A stretch of 64,000 nucleotides of DNA from Felis catus (taxonomy: Eukaryota): assembly GCF_018350175.1 (NCBI RefSeq), contig NC_058368.1, positions 208,632,001-208,696,000 of the forward strand, in the 5' to 3' direction. Made by a program: the position numbers and the translations under genes. A model generated the notes under the pieces. It did no database searches. It was not told the DNA's origin and saw only the letters and a list, made by a program, of their open reading frames with translations. Every line of letters starts with the position of its first letter. The first letter of the stretch is position 1. Of this stretch, positions 37,741-49,000 are shown one piece after another.

Positions 37741-39599
37741 ATGAGTAGTAAGAATATAGATCTGGCTTCTGTGATTTGTTTAACACGAAGGCTCACGAAT
37801 TCAAATACAAAATCCCACCATGCACAATGCTAATCTCTAAATTTAACAGAGTATGACTGATGAAAGTTAAAACTTTGCAAACTAGAAAAAAGAGTTATCT
37901 ATTTGGACCCATATACACTCTGCCTGGCACTTCAGGGATGATCTATCTGCCAGCAATCATTGTCTATTGGAAAACAAGAATAATTATAAAAGTCACTGTG
38001 TGAAAACCAGCCTAATACAGGCTTCAACTACATAGTTTCAAGCTGACATTTTATTGCACCTTAAAGAAATAACTATATTTAATAAGGTAGTTGTCACTAG
38101 AGGATCAGGGTCTAGAAACCAAGCTTCTATCATCTGATGCATAATATTTATTTGTTTGGATAAATAATATAAGATCTGTTTGGAGTGAGGAAGTCAGACA
38201 GAGTCCCAAAAGTACCCAAAATATATCATAACTCCAACAAAAGAATTTAGGTACTAATAGCTTAAACTTCATTAGAGTCAAATATTGAGTTTATTCTTAG
38301 AATGGGTGTATATAGTCATTACTTCAGTTGTGCCTTTTCTTTTTCTGGTTATAGATCAGGTTAGTTTTGTTTTGTCACATGGATTTTAGGAAAACAGCTC
38401 CAGATAGCCCTGGCCTCTAGAGGTAACGGAACAGTACATGGTAGATTTGTTCATGAAGACAACCAAATATGACCAAAAGGTTTACTCCATATGATCACTG
38501 AGCTGTCTATGAAGACGGAAATTAGCCAAATAAAAGCTAGATCGCCATTTCCTTTGGGCCCAATTACCACTCCTGTCTCTGGTTCCAGGCTAACCTGCTA
38601 GAACACACTCCTCTCCCCCTAGAAGACTGAAGAACTATTCCAAGTTTCTCAACAAATCTAGAAACACAATCTCACAGAGGGTCTACAGCTAATTGATGTT
38701 TTCTAGCCTCTCAACCCCAAGTGAGAGACACAAGCCATTCATCCTTCAGCTCTGAGAGGTAATTTACATAAATAATCCCCAAAAGACAGACATAGAAAGG
38801 GACTACCACACACATTGAATGGAACTTGGAGATCCTGGATTAGATGCCTGGCCTGGCTATCAGATAGATCTTGACTCTGGACATGTTTTTTTCTTCTCCT
38901 TTATCCTTATATGTGAACTAAGAGACACAGACTCACAGGATGCAATCTAAGATTGCTTCTGGCTACATCACTCTGAACGTGGGGGAACAGCAACGTCGCA
39001 CGTGTAGTATAATTACACAGTATAAAACATAGTCCTGTCTGTGCATACAAGCACTGTAACTGTTAACATCCCAAATGCACTATTCTCACCGCAAAACAAT
39101 GAAGTTAGTAAATACAATTTCTATCAAATTGACAGCGAGTCACTGAAAATTCAATTAACTTTTAAACAAATGTGTGCTGTTGTTTTTTGTTTGCTTTACT
39201 TCATTTGTTTTTTCTAATTCATTTAGAAAACTTGAGTAAGTAACAGTCTTTTGTCAACATTATACTATATATACAGTTTCCACCAGGCAGGACCCATTAG
39301 TAATCTTCCGAAGTTTCTGCATATAAGCAATAAGACATATGTGTTAAAACTGTCCTATGTGTGGATTTGTGTATCACTCTGAATAGGGCGACAGATGCTA
39401 CCTGGATGCAAAGACACACCTTAACGACTAATGTTTATAGGACTATCACTTGAGAATGACAATAATTACATGCCTTTGATTTCAAATATGCAGTCATAAA
39501 AATTCCACCAAAATCAGAACCAGTTCTTTTTCTTTGAAACACATCAAACCAAGATCTTGGAACCTTCAAATTGCTTATTGCTTTGACCTTATCACACAG

Positions 39600-39890
39600 T
39601 TCCCAGAGTGCGGTGAGTTCCCACGACAACACCCTGAGATGAGTGTGTAGGAAGTTCATGGGGGAGGACTGTCAAGATCAGCACCTAAGGGGGAGAACGG
39701 ACTCAGAAATGGAACTCAGAAGAGGGGGGAGGTGGGCTGTGACATCATCTCAGCAAACACTTCTGCCAACCCCACAGGGACCTCTGAAGCTGGGATGTCT
39801 CTTCAGAGCTGTCCCAAGTTGAGGTAGAGCAGCTGAGTAGTCCTTTAGTCCTAAGGGGAGGGATCTGTGAGGCTCATCACAGCATCCACT
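39600..39890. mobile_element. LTR16-like ERVL LTR fragment
   Basis: caccctgagatgagtgtgtaggaagttcatgggggag...ctgccaaccccacagggacctctgaagctgggatgtctcttcagagctgtccc. Confidence 0.6.
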
Positions 39891-39899
39891 ACAGTTTCT

Positions 39900-40121
39900 T
39901 TTTTTTTTTTTTCAACTCTTTTTTTTTTTTTTTTTTGGGACAGAGAGAGACAGAGCATGAATGGGGGAGGGGCAGAGAGAGAGGGAGACACAGAATCGGA
40001 AACAGGCTCCAGGCTCCGAGCCATCAGCCCAGAGCCCGACGCGGGGCTCGAACTCACGGACCGCGACATCATGACCTGGCTGAAGTCGGACGCTTAACCG
40101 ACTGTGCCACCCAGGCGCCCC
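39900..40121 (-). mobile_element. Young feline SINEC, perfect 15-bp TSD
   Basis: tccactacagtttct at 39885-39899 and 40122-40136. Confidence 0.97.
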
Positions 40122-40737
40122 TCCACTACAGTTTCTAATGGAGCCACCGCCAAGTATGCCAAGAGTCCAGGGGTCTGCTATCAGCAAACATTTGTTGAAT
40201 ACACCTCATGGGCTCACTACTATAGAGATCACCGAATTTTATACATATTCTTGCTATCAGAAACTTACTTAACCGTTTGGTTCAGGAAAACAGATTTAAA
40301 AACATCACACGATACAATTTTAATCACAAGCAAAGAAAACAACTTTAGAGAAATGAGGGTAGTCAGACAGAGATCATTTTAAAATTTAAAGGCCAGGGAG
40401 ATGACTTAATTCTGTGAAGCCTGTAACAGACGAACTCGAGTTGTGTCTTTAAGGCTACTAAGATTTTGATGGGTGGAGAGCAGGAAGAAAGCCATTCTGG
40501 GTAACAAGGTAGCAACAAAAGATCACAGGGAAAAATGGAAGTAATCTTCATAAAAAGGGCCATAACCCTTTGAAGAAGCACATATTAGGACCTGAGGCAG
40601 AAGAAGAGAAGTGCACAGTGAGAGGTGGAAACCCTTGGGATGAGTCCAGCTTTTCTGGTAAGTGCAATGGTGGAGGAAGCATTTGGCTCTTCCAGGACTG
40701 GCAACAGCAATGACAGTTTTTGATTTATCAATTTCTT

Positions 40738-40814
40738 ATTTTAAAAATTTATTTATTTATTTTGAGAGAGAGAGCATGAGCAGGGGAGGGGCAGAGAGAG
40801 AAGGAGAGAGAGAA

Positions 40815-40859
<45 letters not shown>

Positions 40860-40985
40860 CCGAAGCAGGCTCCATGCTGTCAGCACAGAGCCTGACACAG
40901 GGCTTGAACTCATAAACCACGAGATCATGACCTGAGCCAAAATCGAGAGCCAGATACTTAACTGACTGCGCCACCAAGGTGCCCC
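40738..40985 (-). mobile_element. SINEC, first of a tandem pair
   Basis: tgatttatcaatttctt at 40721-40737 and 40986-41002. Confidence 0.95.
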
Positions 40986-41002
40986 TGATTTATCAATTTC
41001 TT

Positions 41003-41214
41003 TCAAAAAAATTTTTTTACATTTATTTATTTTTGAGAGACAGAGAGCGTGAACAGGGGAGGGGCAAAGAGAGAGGAAGACACAGAATCAGAAGCAGGCT
41101 CCAGGCTCAGAGCTGTCGGCACAGAGCCCAACGCGGGGCCCAAACCCATGAACTGCGAGATCATAACCTGAGCCGAAGTTGGATGCTCAACCGACTGAGC
41201 CCCCCAGGCACCCC
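41003..41214 (-). mobile_element. SINEC, second of a tandem pair
   Basis: Reverse head ...ccaggcacccc followed by ttatcaatttc (41215-41225). Confidence 0.95.
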
Positions 41215-41439
41215 TTATCAATTTCCGATCAGAGTAGAGGTAACCTGGTTCTGAGAGCATCTCTCTTAGCAGGCCAGTTCTGCAGTGTGGTTCTTGGAAA
41301 CCCAATCTACAGGCATTTTTCTGCATTCCCAATAATTCTGTGAGCTAAAAATCCCTTAATAAATACCTTTCTGCTTAAATCACTGAAAGCAAATTCTGCT
41401 GTCTGCAAACTAAGAACCCTACCTAACATACACACATTT

Positions 41440-41620
41440 TCTTATTACACACTCACAACAACTGCATGAGTAAATATTACTATACTCATCTCATAGGTAA
41501 GGAAACTGAAGCTGTAAGGTCAAACAAACTGTCCAAGGTTTTGCAGTGAGTATGTGGCAGAGCCCAGATTTGAAAGCAGAACTCTCTGACTTCCTAATCC
41601 ATGTCACCTCCACAACATCA
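41440..41620 (-). mobile_element. MIR
   Basis: ctcacaacaactgcatgag...cataggtaaggaaactgaagct...ggcagagcccagatttgaa. Confidence 0.8.
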
Positions 41621-42216
41621 CAACTGTTTCCCAAAGACAGAGACATGAATGAGACTCAATATTTTCCATATGAGCATATCTGCTAACAGAATAGTTTCCA
41701 CAGTGGGTCATAAAATATTACATTCAAACTTTGGACTGAAGTACACAGTACTAATGTGAATCATTCCAATGGGAGAGCAATACCACAAAGTGGAAAGTTG
41801 CCTGCAATCCATGCCAAAGACAGAAGTGGATGAGACCCTGGAGCCAGTGAGCCACGCTACCTCTGCCTAACTCCACTTTCCGTGGTTGTTTGCAAATTTA
41901 GCAACCAAACTCAACAGTAATTTCTATAGCCTCGTAAATAAATTCAAGGCCACAAGGTAAAGCAAGTTTTGCATTACCCATCCCATGTTGTTCCATGTAT
42001 TGAATTTAATCATCTCATGAAGGTTAAGTTTGTTCCCAAGAATGATGAAGGCAATTTAACCACCTGTCTTAGCCCTTTCAAGACAATTTCACATATGATT
42101 GACCTTCAAGATCAATTTTGTTCAGCAGACTCATTGGGCAGTGGCCAAGAGTATGCATTTCCAAGACCAACCATCCATAAAGACCAACCATCCATAATTA
42201 AAAGTAGAATCTACGT

Positions 42217-42426
42217 GGGCACCTGGGTGGCTCAGTCGGTTAAGTGTCCAACTTCAGCTCAGGTCATGATCTCACGGTTCATGGGTTCGAGCCCCACGTC
42301 GGGCTCTGTGCTGAACAGCTCAAAGCCTCGAGCCTACTTTGCATTCTATGTCTCCCTCTCTCTCTGCCCTTCCCGTGCTTGCACTCTGTCTGTCTCTCTC
42401 TCAAAAATAAATAAACATTTTTTTAA
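42217..42426 (+). mobile_element. SINEC, first of a tandem pair
   Basis: gggcacctgggtggctcagtcggttaag head; TSD aaaagtagaatctacg / aaaagtataatctacg. Confidence 0.95.
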
Positions 42427-42442
42427 AAAAGTATAATCTACG

Positions 42443-42653
42443 AGGGTGTCTGGGTGGCTCAGTTGGTTAAGCATCCAACTCTTGATTTCAGCTCAGGTCA
42501 TGATCTCACAGTTCGTGAGACTGAGCCTCATGTCGGGATCTGAGCTGACAGATTCTCAATCTGCTTGGGATTCTCTCTCTACCTCTCTCTGTCTCTGCCC
42601 CTCTCCTACTCGTGCACATACACTCTCTCTCAAAATAAATAAACTATTAAAAA
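42443..42653 (+). mobile_element. SINEC, older, second of a tandem pair
   Basis: agggtgtctgggtggctcagttgg head; followed by aaaaggagaacctacg. Confidence 0.94.
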
Positions 42654-44009
42654 AAAAGGAGAACCTACGGCAAGATAAGAAAATAAGTGATACAACTACT
42701 GCTACACCTCCTACTAAGCCCAAGGAAACATGCTCACCACTGGACTCTAGCCTACAGTCTCAGGGCAGCCATTTTACACCTACCACCACTAGTTTTCTGA
42801 GATTCTGCCAGAGAACAACTTAGGCTCCACGGGAAAGGGAACTTACCCTCTGACCTCAACACTTCAAATCTGACTTCACACCATTTTAAAACACTTCATG
42901 GCGCCTTTCCATTCATACAATGTTCTTCTGGATATTCCTTTCTGTCCTCAATTCCATCTTTAGCACAGCTGACAAATGCTGCATGGACACACAGCTGTCT
43001 CCTGAGAGGAGCCCCATACTTTTTAAACAGCTTTGCTTTGTGACCTGACCTACAGGCGGGCTGCATACTTCAGTGTACTGACAGCTAAGTCATGTCTTTT
43101 GTCCCAGGCACACAGCTACAGCAGGGTAGGGAAAGTTCACATGAAATGCTCACATTTCAAAACGTAAATAAATGGCTCAGACCAGAGGCCCAGTGCACTT
43201 AAGTTTGGAAGACAAAACCTCCCGAAGAAAAGAGTGACTCGAAGGGGACCTTTCAGAAATCCCTGCAGGACCATGTGGCTATGGTAGCTGCACCTGGGGG
43301 GCTGGAGGAAGCAGACCTACTACCAGCAGGAGCCCAGATGTCCTGCACCGGGTAGGACTTCACTTGCTGTTCTTTCCTGACCTGTTCCCTAAATATCTTT
43401 CAGATATATATATATATATATTTTTCCCCTCCTGAAACCCATTCCTTTCTTCTTCTTTTCTTTCCTCTGTCCCTCTTTTCTCTATTATACTTTGTGCTCC
43501 TTATTCCTCTAGCCTTTTCTCATATTTCCTGATTTTGCAGCTCCTATTTTTCTTATACTTGGAACCCTTTTATTTTCTTCCAGTTTTCCAAGGAACTTTC
43601 ACACACAGCTGGTCCCATCTGTCTCTCCTAAATGATCCTCCCCCTCTTTAATCATAACTCACTTCCTCTCTAATTCCACCTGCTTTCAATAGGCTGGACC
43701 CTACAGTCTCCATACCCTAAATCCTACTAATGTTTGGGATAGCAACAGCCAGGGGCCCTGAATTCTCTCACCTTTTAAACGCCAGGCAGAGACAACAGGC
43801 TCACTGTGATACCACACTTTTTCCATTTCCTACAGTGATCTGATTTTTTTTGTTGTTTATCTTTTTGATATTTAACTCATTTCAAAACGTTCACAATTTT
43901 ACAACACAGATAACGTATGTTCACCACAGAAAAATTAGTCATAAAAGTATAAAGACAAAAGTAAAAAGTCATCTGCAAGTCTACCCTTTCAGAAAATACC
44001 TCTGTGCTT

Positions 44010-44480
44010 CATGATTGACTTAACAAGCATTATCTTAAAGATACAAAGATGAATGAATGAGAAAGACATTGCCCTTGCTCTTAGAGAACCTGCATCCAGA
44101 GAGGAAGAAAACAAATACAATACAGCATATACAGAAAACAGCAAGAATCAATAGAAGCAAGGGCAAATAATTCACACTTTGGGAAAGGCTCCTAAAGAAA
44201 ATGTCATTTATTTGAGGTGAGCCCTGAAAGATGAGCCAGGCACAAAAGGGGGAGAGGGAATATTCCAAGGTAAGTCATTAGAGTTTGGCACATTCAAAGA
44301 ACCAAAAGGAGTTTAGTATGGCTGAAAACAAGGAGTAATGTCACTCAACAGGCCTGAAGAGGTAAGGAGGGCATGTGAAGGCAGGTGAAGAAGTTTCTAT
44401 AATGGCAATGGGAATATTGAAGGATATTAAGCAAAGGAATGCCATGATCACATTCACACTTTTAATAGAACCATAAGCCT
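44010..44480 (-). mobile_element. L2 fragment
   Basis: gaatgagaaagacattgcccttgctcttagagaacctgcatccag...tttgaggtgagccctgaaagatgag...ttaagcaaaggaatgccatgatcacatt. Confidence 0.75.
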
Positions 44481-44532
44481 AAAAGACAGAACCACACTAT
44501 GCAAGGTTAATGTTATAACCAGAACTTTAACA

Positions 44533-44620
44533 GGAAGGAAGGAAGGAAGGAAGAAAGAAGGAAGGAAGGAAGGAAAAAGGGAGGATGGGAGGGAGGGAGG
44601 CAAAGAAGAAAGAAGGAAAT
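44533..44620. repeat. (GGAA)n/(GGGA)n purine-rich repeat
   Basis: Imperfect tetranucleotide run. Confidence 0.85.
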
Positions 44621-45439
44621 GAACAAACAAATGAACAAACCATGAGTAGTAAGTAGTAGAGCCAGGATACAGTCTCAGGCAGTCAACTATACTACTCTCT
44701 TATCATGCCTGTTACATTGTTTATTGAGTCCTAACCATTTTGGGTGATCAACCAGGAAACTCAGGCAAATATGTTTTGTATGTGAACTGTACATTTGTGT
44801 ATTATAATGGAATTAGCCCTTTGCCTTGGATGTAAAGAGTAGTTGATTCCCCCGTTTGAGGAACTGGGTAAGCTGGAACTGTGAGTGAGCAAAGGCTTTT
44901 CTACCCTTTCAGAGAATACCCCTGTGTTTTAAAGGGACACTCCACAAGCACTCTCAGTTCCCAAAACCAGGAATGATAATGTGAAATTATCCAGGTTGCT
45001 GTTTTGAATGTCTCAAAATCACAAATGTTGCTCAACCTTATGCTTTCATTTCTATGTGCAGCTCTTATCACGGCATATTTATAAATATTATTATTGTTGA
45101 AAGTTGGTCATGATCCTAAAGATCTTATGATTTCCCTACTCTCAACAATGCCTATTCGATTACTCACTGACACCAGGGCAATTTCTGTTGCTCATTAAAG
45201 CAATGCAGTTAATAGAATTGTTTGGACTTGAGCCTTAAGATAGGCAAGTGCTTCTTAAACTTTTTAATGGAAACTCATGAAAAAAAGGAGGATATTTCAT
45301 ACTGAGATTTAGTACAAACATAAATATCTATATAATTGAATTGAAAGTTTGGAAAAACAGTAAGTACCACTAATTATGTGATGCAGGCTTCCATTTTCTT
45401 TTCCATTCAATTCTACTTCTTTTCTATTCAACTCTCAAT

Positions 45440-46010
45440 TTGTACAATGACTTTATCAAACTCTTTGGTAGGATCCACTAAAGCACAATATACCATATCA
45501 AATGACTCAACAATTTCACTCTTACGTATATACTCAGGATAAAGAGTACATGTCCACCATTAGATTTGTTTAGAATATTCACAGAAGTAATGTGAACAAA
45601 AGAAATGTTCATAAAGACAAATACCAGAAATTTTTCCAAAGGCTCATCAACAGTAGAATGGGCAAATAAATGTTGGTATATTCACACAATGGAGCACTAC
45701 AATATTGTTTGCATATAATAATATAGATGAATTTCCCATACATTATGTTAGACACAAAAGAGTTTGTGATTCTAGTTACATGAAGTTCAAAAGTAGCCAA
45801 AAGTAATCTTTGCTGTTATAAATCAGGACAGTGGGATACCTTTGGAGGGGTAATGATTTGAAAGAGTCATAGCTGGGGAAGCTTCTAGGTAGCCGGTGCT
45901 TCTTGATCTAGGGATCTAGATGCTGGTTATGGGGTGGAGGTTCAACTCATAAAAATGTATTAAACCATGTGTGAATTTTTATGCAAGTTATATTTAAGTA
46001 AAACAGTAAG
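45440..46010 (+). mobile_element. Old L1M 3' fragment, apparently inside a hAT-type remnant (~45248-46095)
   Basis: atgactcaacaatttcactcttacgtatatactca...catcaacagtagaatgggcaaataaatgttggtatattcacacaatgga...gatctagatgctggtta. Confidence 0.75.
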
Positions 46011-49000
46011 AAAAAAATACTGATTATAAACCATTAGATTGTATTCCCCCACTCACTAATCACTTGCAACCTGAAATCTGAAATTCCCTACATTAAATAC
46101 CAAGAACACCAATGGAAGATGTACTATGACATATCAAAATATTTAAATTTTATTTACAAATAACACAATACAAAGCTCAAAAGTCTTACTTATGAGCCAT
46201 TAAACACCAACCAAATAAAAGGAATCCAGAAAAAAATGAAACAGCTAAAAATAATAATATATTGTCCCTTCTTACTTGCTTTTAATAACTTTGCATCTGC
46301 TTTCAATTCATATTTTTATTGAATCTTTCATATTAATCTATACTTGCTGCCAATCACTTTGTTAAGAAACACACATTTTGGAATATGCTTATCTAGCTTT
46401 TTCCATAGAATCTAAGCCACCAGTCTCTTCTTATTGAAATAGCCAGAACAGCTCACTGGTAAGGAAAATCTCCCCTAATGCTCCCCTTTATGGTCCTTCT
46501 CATTGGAATCTATTTTTCCTCTTAGAGCATCCATCTATGACAAAATGTCCTCAGAAGCTCCAACCTGCTCCATTCCATTCTTGAGGTGAGAAGAGATGTC
46601 ACCCAACCATGGCTGGTTGCAATCAATGATTACACATTCATAAACGAGTATGGTGCTTGGTATTTTAAAGAGACTCAGATATATTTCCGTTCACAACCAT
46701 TATCTTCCTCAAGCAACGTGCAGACTACAAGCAAAACTGCATCTGATTTTTTGTTTTTCAAACAGCAGATTATTACACATATAGGGCAGATGTCTTCCAG
46801 GACATTTCTTGGCTGACATCTTTATTCCGTGATTCCATGAGTTTTCTTCAAATTCTGTAAAGTAGTAAGATCTCCAAATGAAGCTAGTCCAGCTATCTTG
46901 GGAAAGTGGTTTCCGCTTTAGCTGGCCTGTAAGTGTCAATCCATCAGGGGCTGCAGATGCCATTGCTTGGCTTGAGCTACAATCCCCACCCCACCCCCAC
47001 CCCCCACGGTCTCACTGTGGAACCAATAAAGGTCTTTGGGGCTTTACAATCTCTTCTGAAACCTAGATTGCATCATTTTCCAAGAATGTCTGACTTTGGC
47101 TGTCCAAAATATCTGCCCAAGTCCCCCTTTCTCTTCACATCTGTCTAAACACAAGGGCAAGAGATATTGTGCATGATGCAAAGCCAAGAGTCAGTGCAAT
47201 GCTCTTCAAACTCAGAGTCAACAGTGAGAATGACATGAAACAAAGTCAACCTGCTTTTTACAAAAACTGGATTTAAATTTTCTGTCTGCTAAAAGTACAT
47301 TTGAAAAATGAAATCTTTCCATATGGCTTTATAGAAGAAAATAAAGAAAAAAGGGTTAGAGTGAATTCTGCTGTATTAAAAAAAAAAAAAGAGCTCTATG
47401 TACATAGTGCTGACATATACACTAAAGTCATCTGGAAAAAATACAAGCTACTATAACAAATGCCAAATGCCAAAAGTAGCCAGTCTCACTCTATTGAGAC
47501 AAATAGATTGAAGGGGAAATGTGTTTAGTTGACAGAGTGAATACAGAAAATTGATCTCTGATCATCAAATATACTGTAACCAGACATGAGGGTTGGGAAG
47601 TTCTAAAACATTGTATTTTGCACACATGATAAACTTAAAGCCTTCAAATGAACGTTTTCAAAAGCTTCTTACAGCCAAGGATGAAATTACTCACACCAGA
47701 CTAAGCGTTTACATTAGATATTCCTCTTTAATCTTGACAAGGGGGAAAAAAGCCATCCTTTAGTGAAAAGGTGTATTTTTACACAAAGTTTTGGATCTCC
47801 AATGGAGAGAAACAGCATATTCCATAAAAGAACATTTAGCACCTAATGTTCAAAACACCCTGCCTGTCCCCCCCTTTTTATGAGCACAGTTGTATCAGAG
47901 CCGAAATATTTAAGATTACACAGCAAATTTGTAATAGAGCCACATGTTCTTTTGGAATACAACACAGCTACAAACAACAAAAAAAAGTCATATTTCCTCA
48001 AGTTATTTGCCAAATGTCCACATCTTCACACCATTAAGAAAGTCTAGTGGAACCCAGATACTATCAGGAAAAGGAGCAGGCATAAAATGAAGGTAGTCTA
48101 ACCCTTCTCTTTCATTTCATAGAATCAATTCAAACACAAAGAAAACAAGATGTGTTTCTAAGACCAACGGTCATATTTTAAGACATAAACGTTTCTTTGT
48201 AAGTACGTCTTTCTTTTTTTTCTTTTTGGCTAAGAAGCAGATCTTATTTTTGCTGTAACACAAGAAAGCATTTCACAAAAATACCTGAATTGCACATAAC
48301 TTAAAGAAAAAGCACTTGATAGGCTCACTAACATAATCCCCACAGTCTCAGATCCTTCAAATAACAGACTAATTCCATTTCCTTCTATCCTTCTACCAAA
48401 TTCTGCCTCTCTCCATTGCCACCATTTCTCCACTTTGCTTTGTCTCTCACTTCAGTAAACTCGACACTCTGGTAATTCAATCTCCTGTTCAATGTCATGG
48501 TTGAATCAAATCGCTGTCACTCAAAATATAACCTGCGGCTAAAACTATGGCATGGTTGAGTGATCAGGGCAAATATCCCCAAATCTGGAATTTCTGGGTT
48601 TTCAGCTACTGAGCTACTAAGTGGCTTTAGACAAGATCTCTATTCCTCAAGAGAACGGGTCAAATCCTGTTTGTACTGACTGGGATTCCACATGGTGGGA
48701 TACAACAGGCGAGCAGAACTCCACCCATGACTGTGCTCTCTGTGGGTTAGTGGAGGATTTGTCATAATGGAATTTAAGCAGCAAATTGGCGACACCAGCA
48801 CTGACCTCACAAGATGGACGTGGGTATTAGCAAATGATGAAAAAGCTTAGCAAAATGTCACTTTCACACCAGGGTAGAAGTCAGAAAAGACCAAAAGGAA
48901 ACTCTCTTTAATAATGATCTTTATTTGTGCAGTATAAATAATCAGGTTTCACAGAGAAAACCATTTGCATTCCTACCACTAGCTCTACTTAAACAAGTTT

